A stretch of 61,056 nucleotides of DNA, the filler included, from Rhabdomonas costata (taxonomy: Eukaryota): the NCBI GenBank assembly GCA_019059605.1. It is 19 parts of 19 records of this genome, joined end to end, with 100 filler letters (N's around TTAATTAATTAA, not from the genome) between each part and the next. Parts side by side here need not be neighbours in the genome. Positions count along the whole stretch, not along the records: positions 35,439 to 38,558 come from JAHMHO010001349.1; positions 38,659 to 41,771 come from JAHMHO010001350.1; positions 41,872 to 44,986 come from JAHMHO010001351.1; positions 45,087 to 48,201 come from JAHMHO010001352.1; positions 48,302 to 51,414 come from JAHMHO010001353.1; positions 51,515 to 54,625 come from JAHMHO010001354.1; 13 more parts are not named here. The stretch is one strand, 5' to 3'. Below the pieces are notes generated by a model. It was not told the origin of the DNA and did not search any database. It saw only the letters and a program-made list of their open reading frames with translations. This document shows positions 38,166 through 51,588 of this stretch, one piece after another (position 1 is the first letter of the stretch; every line of letters begins with the position of its first letter). The position numbers and the translations under genes were made by a program.

Positions 38166-38759
38166 GTATGCTTCTCCCTCTCCTGGGGGGTAGGCAGTGT
38201 GCTCGTTGTATTGTTTGCGCTTGTGTTGATGCCCGCGCTCATGGTCACTAAGTTAGTAATACGGACAGATGAGCAATAGACGGGTGAGTTAAGGATGGAT
38301 GTTAGTATACTCTTGCCAGGTTTTGTAGGTCCGGTCCAGCATCAGCTGCGGCTCTGGCTCCAGGGACCTTATGAAGAATATGGTGAAGAGGAAGTAATTG
38401 TGTTGATACCTCCTTCCCTCCCCAGGGGTTGACCCTTGATATATAGGCAGCTCCCTAAGCCAACTTGCCATGCGCAGCAGACGCCAACAGCTCTTCATCC
38501 AGCGCGCCACTCATGCACAACTCGCGTTCCCACCACCACCACCAACCACACCCAACACNNNNNNNNNNNNNNNNNNNNNNNNNNNNNNNNNNNNNNNNNN
38601 NNTTAATTAATTAANNNNNNNNNNNNNNNNNNNNNNNNNNNNNNNNNNNNNNNNNNNNCGATCTCCCCTTTCCCAAAAGAAGCTTGCTCCTTCTTTTGCT
38701 GAGTGTTGGAAGCACGTGGCTGCCATTGCCAATGTGGTGGGAACCCCTTTTTTGCCAAG

Positions 38760-41484
38760 GTGGGGGACTCCTAGGGCTGTGCAATGCGAAGGGCTCCTGT
38801 GTGGCGATTCTGGGCGTGCCCACGTGCCAGTGCTACAGCAGCCTCAGCCAAGGGTTTGTTTCATAGCATTTGCGCACCCACACCCACCCCTTGCCCTGCA
38901 GGCCTCTTAAGCTTCTGTGATCAAACAGTATTGTGAGGCTGCGTTGGCGGGACGGGGGAATAAGGACGTTGAGGTCCATTTTTGTTGTTGTTATCGGTCG
39001 AAGTTGCCCTGCTCTGCCAGTGCCCTGCCTGAAAGAAAATGACTTTGGTCTTCTGCCTTCTTTTGGTCTTTTTCTGTCACCGGAAAATCATTACCACTTC
39101 TCGCCCCAATTTTTGTTTGCTCCACGGCTCTCGTTTCGGGGTCGGGGAGGGGGTGGATGGAGGCAAGCAGCGCCCGTGCGGCTCCGGTTAGACCGTTTCC
39201 CAAGATCGCTGCCCAGCGAGTCGGGGTCCCTTTCCTGCAGTTTCTCCATTGCTTTGACCTCACCGTTGTTGGACAAAGTTTGGTTACTAAGGGTCTTCTC
39301 CATCGGTGGGTGGCTGTCCCACACAGGTACTGGACTGGCTCGGACTGCTCCGCGTGCCAGGCGGGGTACTACGGCACGGCCTGCCAGAGCGAGTGCCCCG
39401 GAGGAGCCTGCAACGCATGCAACAGCCGTGGCACCTGCTCCAGCGTACACCCCTCCCCGCACCGCCCTCCCGCACCGTCGTCCAGCACACTTTGCACGCC
39501 TCTGCTCCCTCCTACGTATGATCAAAGGTAAGGAGAAAGGCAACCGATGAGCCAAAGGGCAGTGCCGTCCCTTGCATTATCACATATGGTATGGTCTCCT
39601 CCATCCCATTCGGAAAACTTAAGACCCGGTTTCGAGCGCTTCATCATCTTCATCTTCATAGCTTCCATCGGTGCAGTGTTGGAGCCTGCCCATCGCCGAT
39701 GGCCGATGTTTCTAGTGAAGTGTTTTTTTGACTGCTGCGTCGCGACGAAGATCATACTATGGGATGAAGAACTGGTTCCCTTCGATGCACATATGATTTT
39801 TCACTGCAGGAGCCGCTCGAAAGCGAGTGCTTTTGTGCGGCATCGGGGGCGACAAGGACGCACACAAAATTACCTGGCATACGCTCACAGCATATGAATT
39901 TTGGGACAACGTACGATATTGCCAAGGTACGCAGCTGTTTGTATTCACATTTATTATACAAAGCAATGCGACCTCCGCACATTATGATGCTCATCGGCGC
40001 GCAGGGCGTCTCCGGCACGGGACAGTGCACGTGTTACTCGGATTCTTCGGGGGGTTTCTGGACGGGTTCGAAATGCGACCGCTGCCAGAAGGGATACTGG
40101 GGTATTGGCTGCACCTCGGCCTGTGCGGGCCTGCCGTCGAGTGCCGTGTGCTATGGCCGAGGGTCCTGCTTTGACGGAGAGCTGGGCAACGGGTCGTGCA
40201 GCTGCTACAGCCCTGCCCTGATCGGCTACTGGGTATGACATGCTCTCCCAACACATCAGGCGCTTGTTTTTCTCTTTACTCAGATCACGCGCCTTTAGCG
40301 TGATGGGCCCATGCCCCCGACAACCGTGGTCAACGTTAGCTTGGTAGCAGTCTTTCACCTCTCCATTTGGAGCTAGAGGAGATGAGAGGGGGGCACGGGC
40401 TCACTCACACCTGCGAAGGAATGTGTGTTCCACCACCTTTGCACCAGTGGGTCAGATCTTCCCTGTCGATGAGGTTTGATGTGCTCCAATGTCTGTGGTT
40501 TCGAATGAAAACAGGCTGCTAGTACCTTGGCCTTGGCATTGGTCAACTTGAGCCGCCTCTCTGAGAACAGTGATTATGTTTGAGTTGTCTGGAATTGTGG
40601 CATTTCTTTAAAATGTGGAAGGGCCTGCAACCCGTGAGACAGATAAAATATAACTTTTTTTTATCATTTTTGCTTTTCCAAGTTTCAGCACCCAAAACCT
40701 CGCTGGCTGAGTGTGCGCGGGTGGGTATGGATGTATATTGGCGGTCGGTAGTTATGCTGTTACTTTTTGTTAGGACTCGGCCAGTGGGTGCTCGAATTGT
40801 GTAGCGCGGTACTACGGCCCGACGTGCAGCACTCCGTGTGCCTCGCCCACGCTCTGCCTGACCTGTAGTGACGGGGTCACCGGCACGGGGGCCTGCACGT
40901 GCCGGCATGTCGGAGTGGGCAGTTGTGGAAGAGAAGGGAGGAACGTGGAGAGGAAGTATGCAAACCGGGAGGACCATAAAGCTCAGTTGTCACGAAGAAT
41001 GCAGTCGACTTGGGTAGCTGCTTGCGCTTTCTGTGGATCACTACTGCTCTATCCTTATATTGTATAGCATGTGTGGTGTGGCGTTGCCCAGAGTATGTGC
41101 GGGTCTACCGATGTCGGAAGACGCATCCTTGCCCATCAGGTGTGCTGGTACCTCCCAAAGTTGAGAGAGAGAGTGTGTGTGTGTGGGGTGTCTCAGGAGT
41201 GGCCGGGTAGGCACGGGCTGCCAGCAGGTCTGCCCACAATCCGTCGTGAACGGCACCAACCAGAGCTGTGGGGGGCACGGCACCTGCGTGGCCACCTCGG
41301 GCACCAGCAACGTGGGGCAGTGCATATGCGCCACCAACTTCACCGGCCAGACCTGTGACAGCTGTATCTTTGGGGTGTACGGCCCGAGCTGTAGCCACGC
41401 TCTGCCGGGGCTAGTGACCCTGCCCGGCGGGGAGGTGGAGCCCTGTAATGGGAACTACCTGAGCTACTCTGGCGGGATCTCCGG
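38760..41484 (+). CDS. Cys-rich EGF/laminin-EGF repeat surface protein, 5 internal exons
   Basis: Exons 38760-38853, 39327-39444, 40005-40232, 40774-40904 and 41197-41484. Repeated C.G.G.C..G..G.G.C.C..G(F/Y)W.G..C..C..GY(Y/W)G..C units. Confidence 0.9.
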
Positions 41485-42725
41485 GTCTCTGCCTGCTTTT
41501 CTTTCCTTCTCTCCTTTGGGCTACAGAAGGCATTGTGCTGCAGCATGATGGTGGGCATTGAAAGCACGTAAGATTGCACAAAGTAAAGAAGTGGAAGAAG
41601 AATGATATTAAATATCCGGTTCTTTCAGACTTTTAGGCACGCAGTGCAACCGCGAAGTTTCGGTGTAATGAACAATCATTTTGAAGATGAAAGGTTCGTT
41701 CGTACGTACGTACGGTGGAGCCTACTCTGGAGGAAAGAACAAGGGAGTGGGGAGGACCAACACACACCAACNNNNNNNNNNNNNNNNNNNNNNNNNNNNN
41801 NNNNNNNNNNNNNNNTTAATTAATTAANNNNNNNNNNNNNNNNNNNNNNNNNNNNNNNNNNNNNNNNNNNNGGGGGTGTGGTACTGTGGTGACATTGCCG
41901 TTTCGTGGAGCTGCCTTGCCACAGGAAACGGCAATGTCACCACAGTACGACACTTCGGCACAACCTCAACACCACGATTGCTGCTTGGATACGCTTGGCT
42001 CGCATCGCACCCGCACCAAGGTGCTTGGATCTTCAGTGGTCCCTTCTAATAGCTTCGTCTCCCCTGGGGCCTTTTATTTTTCAATTATTCGCATTCTCTG
42101 ACCTCAACGTTATCCAGTGGTGTTGCTGTGGTAAACATATTTTTTAATATGCCCCCATATTTAGACCATCAATTGCACCAATTGCCCAGACCACGTCAGG
42201 CCACTGAACGGAAATAAGCAGCAAAATAGTTCAAAATAAGATAAAAGAAATCCCTGGAATAAAAACAAAAAATCCTTTAAATTACCCCAGAATAATAGGT
42301 TTTTTATTCAAAAAGTTTTCCAGAAAGAGATCTCACTTTATGAAATCGACACCTACGTTGGAGCTTTTTCCAGGGTGGCGTTCCTGGCGGGTTTTGTTCC
42401 CGTTGGTTCAGAGGAAGTCAAAATTTGTAAATTTTGAAGTTGTGTTGTTTAGTAGTTGTTACTTGTGTCGCGTGTGAAAGCGAAGACAACTAGTTTTTCC
42501 TTTTCCTTTGAAATATTCCCATTTTTTTTTGGAGAAAACACTGGAAAAATTACGACGCACACGGGGGTTATTTCACAGTATAACCTCCCCTTGCACACTG
42601 ACCTCCTCTCATATTCGTGCATATTGTGCTAGAGGTCACGAGACTTCAGATAATGGCTTCAGATAACCACTTCTTCACTTCTCACGGTAACACGCACAAT
42701 GGCAGGCGCACGCACACACACACAC

Positions 42726-44117
42726 CCTCGATGTAGGGCTCACAGCTAAACACGGGCTTGTGCTGGCGTTCAAAGAACTCCAGCACCGTGGCCTCCACGA
42801 ACTGCACCTTCTTCGGGGGGTTCAGCTTGTTGAACTCCTCCGCGAAGTACATGCACAGCCCTGTTTTCGCGAACACCAGCCCTCCGGCTCACTAACGGTC
42901 GGACAACCGCAGACTTTTTCCAGGGACCTGACGGACACCGATCGACCGAGCCTCCATTGCGAGTTGGTCACAAGAGCTCAAATAGAAAAAGTGGTTTCGT
43001 TCCGAAACTTGCGTATTGCGTGAGTGTAAAGAAATGTCACGGTGTCAAGGTCACAGTTCCACGGATCGCTACAGGGGCTACGTCGTCACAGGGCTTTGCG
43101 TGAATGGCTGGGGGAGGGTGTAATCTCACCGACAAGATTCCAATGATAAATAAAGTCTCCGAGTGTGGTGTGTTTGCGCTAATTTCAAGGTGCGTAAGCG
43201 CAAAACCTCATCTTCCGTCTGGGGCAAATGAAAATGAGTGAGGGACATTGGGCTTTATCGTTCCTTTTCTTCTTCTTCAATTTCATTTCCAGTCATGCGT
43301 TCATGTGTTAAGTTTTGCTGCAATTCATCTTTTCCTTGGGTGGCTTGAAAGCCGTATAGGAAAAGGGGAACCTGTCTGTTAACAATGCTAAGAACATTGG
43401 GGAACCCGTGTAAAAGCGTGACAGAGTTCCTGTTATCGACCGAGAGACGGCGGATTGACGAGTAACCGGAGACGTTTTTTGAGACTATCGATAGACCCGC
43501 AGCGAATTCTCCGGGTAACTGACATGAACGCGAACGCTATTGTGCGTTGGGTGGGGTCCGTGTGTGTCGGGGAATGTCTCGCCACCCTGCATCTCGGCGT
43601 CAATGAAGTAGTTGTGCTGAGGTTCCAGCAGGCCCTCCTTGGCCTGCTTGGCGACATAGCGGCGCTCCAGGCCATCCCCTGCGGCGGGCTTCGTGAGGTC
43701 CGTCATCCGGAAGCACGTCTGGCGAGCAAACGCGGACAATGAGACATCCGACGAGCAATCAGAAGCGTTCGCACGAATTCCAAAACAAACCAGTGGATCG
43801 AGGTATCATTAATGGGAGGTGACTCCGAAGTTGATGCATAGGTGGGAAAAACCGATGCTATCAATGCCGCAAAAAAAGTTGGTGATAAGGCAGCACAACT
43901 GAGAGGAACATTTTTTTTTGATATTTTAGTTCAGAAAAAACTTTGAGGGCAAGAAAAGGAGTCCTGCATTGATCACCAATTGAGTGAGCAAAGAAGAGGA
44001 TTCGGAAAAAAGGAGCCCGAACGCACCCGCATCGCGCCCTCGGCGAAGGGCTTGTCCTCCATCACAACAACAGCCACCGATTTCTCCCATTCCCTCTTCC
44101 GGAAGTTGTAGTTATAC
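42726..44117 (-). CDS. Alpha-kinase (eEF2K/MHCK family), internal exons
   Basis: Exons 44117-44027 (acceptor uncertain), 43718-43586 and 42860-42726. Motifs: PFAEGAMRTCFR, YVAK, D.EMQ, FAEEFNKLNPPKKVQF, EPYIEG. Confidence 0.92.
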
Positions 44118-44239
44118 CTGAGACGAAGCCCTTCCCGAGAGAGCGACCCCAAACACAACTACACTGCACTCCTGCGCCAGCACACGGTTCTTTCCTGACG
44201 AGAAGTCAGAAGTTTTGATTGGAGCGGTAAAAGTTCTAA

Positions 44240-44622
44240 AATATCGCGGTGGACACTTTTATTTGGCGAGCATATGAGGCTCTCGTTTGGTGTGCCTTTT
44301 TGTGCAAAAAAAAAGGAGACATTTTCAGACTTACTAGAGGTTTTTCGGGGGAAAAATCTACACGGAGCTACAAAGAGTGACCTTTCTTTGTTTTGGAAAG
44401 CATACCCCAAAAAACATTGTCAGTCGAGCTCGTTGGTATCCCAAAGCACCTGAACGTCCTTACCCTTGATTTGAGTCACTTTTCAAGCCCAGTTTTAACG
44501 ATTTTTGGTCTGAATTTGGGTTTTCAGGAGTTTTGCAGGGGAAAAACCGGTGTTTGGTGTGCACCACATTGCTGACATCCTACTTTTTGAGTTCGCCAAA
44601 TAAAAGTGTCGACCGCGATATT
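44240..44622. mobile_element. MITE-like element with ~30-bp terminal inverted repeats
   Basis: AATATCGCGGTGGACACTTTTATTTGGCGA (44240-44269) matches the reverse complement of 44593-44622 with one mismatch. No coding interior; TA at both ends. Confidence 0.6.
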
Positions 44623-45162
44623 AGCCGCCACGCCCAAAGTGCCTGCATTTTAGATGCGTCAAGGGGGTGCGGATACACTACACCGTGGTTATGGTGCAAG
44701 TTCTGGTGCTTCTAGGTTCCTCCCGTGAAGAAGTGTGTGTGCGTGTGGGGGGTGCCATCATCAGCGGTGCCCGTTCAAAGCATAACAATACGATTAGGAC
44801 GATGCAGGCTTCCCTTGCATCGAGCAGAAGAACCCGTAGAGGGATACGTGGCGAATAGGAGTTTTTTTTGGAATAGAAGTTTTAGCAGGTGGTGTGCACG
44901 CATTCCCTTGATTTTACAGCGCTTCGCTCCGCAGCACACCATCCAAGGTGTTTGCCTCAAGGGTAACACTGGTGTCGCTCTAAAGTNNNNNNNNNNNNNN
45001 NNNNNNNNNNNNNNNNNNNNNNNNNNNNNNTTAATTAATTAANNNNNNNNNNNNNNNNNNNNNNNNNNNNNNNNNNNNNNNNNNNNGTTGGGTTTGAAGC
45101 CGATGCGCGCGTCCCGTTGAATCGTTTACTGAGTGACCCCTTCGCTTGACTTTTTTTTCTAG

Positions 45163-48100
45163 AGCCGTGCTCGGGATGAGGCTCTGTCGACGCTTCAGGC
45201 CTGCTCCCTCATGCACGGCATCTCCAGCCGGTGCTTGACCTCCCGCAACGTGGACTCTGAGTTGCCCCCGTTGCTACTGAGCCTGTGGAGGGGTGCGGCA
45301 CGGCTGTGCGGTCCCTCCGCGGACCGCGGGCGGCAGCGAGGGTGGCTGGTGGCCCTCATCCAGGAGTCTGGGGTGTGTCTGTCCCCCGACTTTTGGGGAC
45401 AGCGCGTGTGGGACCTACTCTAGGTGGTTAGCGAGCTCCACCAGCTTCAGCGAGGGGGCCTTGAAGGTGAAGATGCAGATCTCGGAGAAGAGTACAGGGG
45501 TGCCACCACGAAAGAATTGTGCACCATGTGCAGCAAAGGCGAAATCATGAAATCATAAGCAAGTACAGCAGGGCAACGGCAGCGAGCCATGGCAGTCCCT
45601 GGCTCCCCACAGTAAGCATAATGGCCTCTAGGGCAGCTTCGAAACCGACCAGGGTGGCGAACTCCCCCCGCACCCTTCGGCAGTGTTTATTTCCACCCTT
45701 TTCCCCCGTGATGTTCCTCACTCATCTCCTTCCACCCAGCTGCTTAGCTTTGAGAATCGGAGATGCCCCATACAGTGTTATGTGTTATGTGCACGGTGGG
45801 TGATCGCTTCTCTCTTCCGTTCTGACACAGATGATGGACGCGGAGTTCCTGTACGAGCTGTGTGGGGCGAGGCTCGACTCTGCATTGGACCTGTGGACAG
45901 AACTTCTGCCCCATTACATGACAAGCAGAACAGACAACGTATGTTTGTGTGTATATGTGTGAGAATCGCCCGCACGACGTCTCCATGTCAGAGAACACCA
46001 CCCTGCAGCAGCCCGAGCGCCGGCTCCTCTAGTTGGGAAACAACATCCGAACAGAAGTATTCAAAGGCAGAAGAGACCGAAAGCAGTGCAGTACCATGAA
46101 CCGTGGAAAGGGGCGACTGAAGAATGCCCCGAGTTTGACCCTTCCCAGTGCCATCCAAAGTTTCACCACGGAACGAGACTCTGGCAATTTAAGCGCGCCG
46201 AGGCAACTTATGTCCTCAACCAGGCACCTGTTGGCCCCCATATTTCACAGGGGAAGACCTGGCTGGGGTGGGGTCAGTGTTGTCTTCACCCATTAAACCC
46301 AACTCAATGTGTGTGAGAGTCGGTGGATGGGGGATGGGGTTGGGGCGTGTTCATATATCGTTGCGCTTTCATGAAGCAGACTCTTGGCCAAACAAGGGTT
46401 GACGTGAGTGCTGTTTTTATTTTCGCTGCATTTCTCAGTAATAAGTTACTGGACTGTTGTCAGCGCACCCCTCTTCCTCCTCCGGCGTCCTGCGCCACTG
46501 GGGCGTGGTATCAGCGTGCACTACCGGTTTCCGAAGTCTATCGTTGATTACACTTTACGCTGCTTTCTGTGCTGAACTCTATTTCTGGCACACGATTTGC
46601 TCCGCCGCGCTTTTTTGCGTTGTGCTGACGGTCGAGCTATTCCTCGATCTCCTCCCCTCATTCTTGCAAATACACATGCACGCACACAGACGCTCACATA
46701 TTTTAGGTGGAGGCAGTGCAGCCTCGGGCGGTGCAGGTGGTGCGGCTTCTGCTTCGGTGCGCGGGGCTGCAACCCGGGGACCTCGTCACGGAGTTCCTGC
46801 AGTACGGTGACCTGGTGGGCTCCCTGGCTCAAATCATCACCTCCCGGAAGGCATGCGTGTGTGCTTTGTGATTTTCCTATTTCTTTTCATGCACCCACAA
46901 GTTTCTTCCCTGCTGGCTGCTTTTTCAATTGAGGATGGAAAATGTGTTGTTTCAGCACTCTGAAAGCAAAAGCAAAAGCAGCTCTTCTTGCTTGCATTCC
47001 CTGCGTGCGTTCTTGTGTGTGTGTGTGTGTGTGTGTCATTTCCGGTCGGTCTGTGCGCTGTTATCTTAGTCATACCCAGCTATATAGTTATATAGTAACT
47101 TCGTTTAAGATTGCTTGAGGCTCGAGCGTTGGTGTGAGAGCAGATTAAAGGACCCCGGAATATCACCTGCTCTCTTTCTCTCTCTCGCTCGCCCTCTCTC
47201 CCTGGTCCCGACGGTGGGTGCACTGGGTGATTGTCATCTGCAATGCTTCTTCTTACACCGTACCGTACCGTATCGTACCAAAACTACGGAGAGGGTACAT
47301 TTCCTGTTCGCTCCGCAGGTCCATCTGCCCAGCGTGGTGTATTCCGCAGTGGGGACTGGGGCTCCCGCCTTGGCTGCCGTGCGAGAAATCGCGGAGCTGT
47401 GTGAGCTAACCACCAACGATCTGCTCAAGGAGCTCCCTGTGAGGGACGAGAAGAGGGATGTCTTGGCCACTTTGGTCTGTCCGAACCTTCCCTCAAAAAC
47501 ACACACACACACACACACACATCCCATATTCGTACTGCACTTTGAACCGAAGTGGCCCGATTTCTTTTTCTGTTGGTATAGAAACTTGCGAGGGTGATTT
47601 TCTCTGTGAGCTGCGTCCAAGCTTTCCTGTTTGTCTGATTGACTGTCGATTAGAAAAATCTGTTGCCTGGACTGGTGGACTGCCCCCTCCAGCCCGCTAG
47701 CCCGCAGTGCAAGATTGTTTCTTCCTGTGCACAGCTCGCGAAGTATGACGTCAGCCCTTTGGAAGCGGTAATGAGCTCCAACCCGGAAGATGTGGTGAGC
47801 TTCCTGCGCGCCGTAATGGCGCGGTATGACATTGACTGGGTCTCCCTGGTGGACCGCCGAGAGAAGCATGCCCCCCCCCCGCTTCCCCCTTCGTAACTTC
47901 CTTTTTGTTTTCCGTCTTCTTTGTAAAGTTTTCCACCATTCCAAACTTACACTTTACAGAATCAACCCTAATGTCCTAAGCTAATCCTTCCAGCACTCAT
48001 TCGTTCGTGGACCTGATGCCCGTGTACTGAGCTGTTCGTAGGTCTCAACGTCAAGAAACGCCACGGCTCTGCGCTAGCACGAACGCGAAATGTTTTTCTC

Positions 48101-48201
48101 CCGGTTGAGCTTTTTTTTTTGCTTTGTCGCATTTGCAGGCCTGATATTGCACGGATTCTTCACCTCTTCGACTTGAGCCTTGGGGACCTGGTGGGGCCCT
48201 T
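45163..48201 (+). CDS. Helical protein of unknown function, about 6 exons
   Basis: Exons 45163 to about 45372, 45831-45938, 46707-46850, 47319-47474, 47735-47865 and 48139-48201. They stay in phase if two donors are GCATGC. Confidence 0.65.
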
Positions 48202-49797
48202 NNNNNNNNNNNNNNNNNNNNNNNNNNNNNNNNNNNNNNNNNNNNTTAATTAATTAANNNNNNNNNNNNNNNNNNNNNNNNNNNNNNNNNNNNNNNNNNN
48301 NTACACGCCGTTGACTTTACCAGTCGTGTAGTGGAAGATCCTTCTTCGTAGGTGGGTTATATATTGAGCACTTTCGCGTGCGAGATGTGAAATGGTGACA
48401 AATTGCATTCATGTCAAGATGTGATGTGCACAGGGCCTAATTTAGTTGTGCAAAAGTGTTTTCGAAAAACGCGGAGTGTTCATAAAGTCCTCTCGACATA
48501 TTTTTGCAAAGGCTTCTAGTGCTTTATTTCTTGGTTTTCTGTACTTCGATCATCTGCTCCCAAATTGCGCGGGGACAGCTTTGTCAGCTTTATAAGCGCG
48601 TGGGGCAATAGAGCATCAGGTGGACAATCGGACTTTAGCTGTCATAAACATATACCACACATTGAACCATGCAAAAAAATTCCCCGCGGACGTCGTGATT
48701 ATGGGTAAAAACAAAATGAAAGCAAGAGACACACTGGTATCCATGATGGTGGTGCCGTGCTGACTACCATGGTGGAAGTTAATTCGTTCTGGTTTCAGGA
48801 AATCCGGTATCCGTTTATCGGTTTGGTATTGGCACAGGGTATCTCGGTGCCTTGGAAGGTCGGGTAAAGTTCTTTCCGCGGAGATTTCTGGGATGCGGAT
48901 TTGGGTTTGAGGCGACGCTCTTCAGAATGGGTTCTTCGCACATTCTGATTTGTTTTTCGCGGGCGCCTTTCTGCTATGTGGTACTCAAGCTTCGGTCCGG
49001 CCCCGCTTGCCGTTTTTGTCGCCACGAGTTTGCCCCTGTTTAAATGCATCGTCTTTACTCTCTCCCGTTGCCTTCCTGCTTTCCTTGTTTATTAGCCAGA
49101 TTTCCAGATTTCCGTTGGGCCTCAAACTTTTGTGCCTGCTTTCCGGGGGGTTTCGGCCCTTTTCCGGGGCGTTGGGCACAGTGACCACTAGAACTAGAAA
49201 AATCCACATCCGTGTCCCATGTCCGGCAATGATGATCACGTCTGGTGACTTGGTGCGCCGCTTTCCAGGGAATTTTTCTCGCAAGAAGCCTGCAACGTCG
49301 TTTCACGGATTTTTTATATCAAAACCAAGACGTCTGCTCGCCCAAGGAAAACTTTTCATCGGTTATAACTGGAATGCAACGGGAAGACCGCGCAACAGAT
49401 GCTTGTGTAGGCATTGTCTATTTTATGCGCGGCGTGGTTTGTGGCACAATAGCGCGACGATTCCATTGTTGTGGGAAGATTTTTTTAAAGGCTCGGGCGA
49501 AATTCCTTATGGACTTAGGAGGGATGGAGATCTTTTCCAACTTCTCCAATTTAATCCAATCCTATGGCTTCTGAATCCCCTGACGTCATGAACACTTTGT
49601 GGCTCCGGCGGAATGCGAACCTTTAACGGCGGCGAAAAGGCGCCACAGACGCCCAGGTTTTTCAATCCGCATTGACCAGGCTAGATACCAGCGACATATG
49701 TCTATTTTTTTTTTCATGTTTTTGAGAGTTTCCTTACCTAGGATTGCGTGGGTAATAGCCAGAATAGAATAAAAAAGGAATTGAAGGCCACCAGGAA

Positions 49798-51370
49798 TCA
49801 ACCAGATCCGAAATCAGCGTACAGCAGTACCGCAAAGCCAAAAGCTTGCCAACGGCACAGCCAATGCTTTGGAGCTGGGCACATGGTTCGAGAGCCAGAA
49901 AGCAGCAGGTCAGGTGGGGACCCCGTGGAAGGAATCTGCCGCTTGAAGAAAAACTGATTCAGCGCGTGGGAACAGGGTAGAGGGATCAGTGTCCGGAGGG
50001 GCTAATGCCATTGCCATTGATCTAAGGGAGAAAAGCAAGGTAAGTAAACCGCAAGGATACCAAAGAACATACCCAAAACCACAATTGCTGAAACAATGTG
50101 TATGTGGTGTGTTGTAAGTATGTGATGAAGATATTTTTTTCGTGACAAAGGGTTGCGGGGTGCGCCGTCCCGATGCTACTATCGGCACCCGTTTGTGCGG
50201 GCATACCTTGTTTCTGTATGAGTTTGCTAGTGGATCCCAGCCCGCGCCTGCGTGAACGAATGTTTCACATTTTAAACCGTATTCAGCTTTGAGACGTTGT
50301 GTTGGGGCTTATGTTTGGATTACGCTCGCTTGTTTGGTCTGCCCTGTGTGTTACTGAAACAATTGCAGGATGGCGAATGCTGTGGTCGAAAAGAGGGAAC
50401 ACGGTGGAATTCAGAAGTAGATGTCCACTCGGGGTCGGCAGACTACTGATTGTGTGGAGAGCAGTGCGAATGTCAACGCACCTCCTCAGTATCGACCCAG
50501 TAGGCCTGGTGGTGAGGCATAAACCTGCCGTTCATGGAGGTCAACTGCCGCAGGCGGCTCTCTGCCTCCGCAAAAGTGACTAAAGCAATGGGAGCACCAA
50601 TAACCTTGTATAAATCACAGAACACCTTCATTAGCGCCCAACCTCATATCCTAGTGTCAAACTAGATGTATGCTTGGCCCGTCCTTTCTCGCTCTGCACT
50701 TCCCGGCAATCCACGTACTTTCAGCAGTCGCGCAGATAAGCTGGTATGCAAGCTGCAACCAGATACCAACAATGTTACCCCTGCCGCTCATTGACGGCCA
50801 TATCTCAACATCTTTGCAGACATCTACAGACTACACACGGTTAAGTTCAAGCCGGTGCCTGAAAGCATTGTTACATTGTTATTTGAGGCGTGTCCACCAA
50901 TTGGCAATGCAATAATGCAATGACTTTTTCAAGTGAGGAAAGGTAAAAAAACGTGATACAATAAATGTGGACAATCGACGAAATCGCTTTGCACACTCAT
51001 ACACAACTCTATGCTCCGTTTCTCTCTGTGTGTGTGCTCTTTCCAAGTCGCGGCGTCAAACCAAATCGGTCCACAACAAAGCTGTTGCCGTTGTCGTCCT
51101 GCCTGCAAAGTACATGCCACTGCCTCCCACTGCGCACGAGAGCCGCAGCAAGAAACCCTGCTCGTTTCATTAGATAACACCCCAAGTAAATGCAAAAGTA
51201 TTTGATGCAGAAAAGGCAAAACAGATATCCAAGAGCTGCCGGTAAGGAAATGGCCGTTCGGGACACTCAGCAGGAGTGAGGTGCGAAAGGATCGTTTGGA
51301 GAATTTCGGGGCCAGGGCCTCCCACTACTCACCCATCTTGCGGGCCGCCCCCACCTTAGGGCACAAATAC
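49798..51370 (-). CDS. Small protein with RQDDNGN...H.Q.YW domain (bacterial-type family); 4 exons, last exon tentative
   Basis: Exons 51370-51333, 51157-51062, 50579-50482 and 49953-49798, GT-AG and in phase: WHVLCRQDDNGNSFVVDRFVTFAEAESRLRQLTSMNGRFMPHHQAYWVDTEE. Confidence 0.7.
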
Positions 51371-51521
51371 CTGCCGTGTCAACTGAGACGTGAAGACGTT
51401 TCCGAAGAAACAAANNNNNNNNNNNNNNNNNNNNNNNNNNNNNNNNNNNNNNNNNNNNTTAATTAATTAANNNNNNNNNNNNNNNNNNNNNNNNNNNNNN
51501 NNNNNNNNNNNNNNGGTTTTG

Positions 51522-51588
51522 TTGATACACATGATACAGGCTTTAGCAAAAGAATCCTTTTCGGTAAAGCCTGTATCATGTGTATCAA
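51522..51588. repeat. Contig-terminal inverted repeat (fold-back)
   Basis: TTGATACACATGATACAGGCTTTA pairs with TAAAGCCTGTATCATGTGTATCAA; the stem is imperfect near the loop. Confidence 0.85.

Noticed and set aside
45421-45423. Stop-codon reassignment or TAG readthrough
   Set aside because: Conserved genes (CCT7, myosin, ART, alpha-kinase) have no in-frame stops, and TAG, TAA and TGA all appear to end genes here.
48795-49600. Degenerate tyrosine-recombinase retroelement on minus
   Set aside because: Coding-like but with stops and frameshifts, and no catalytic motif I can support.
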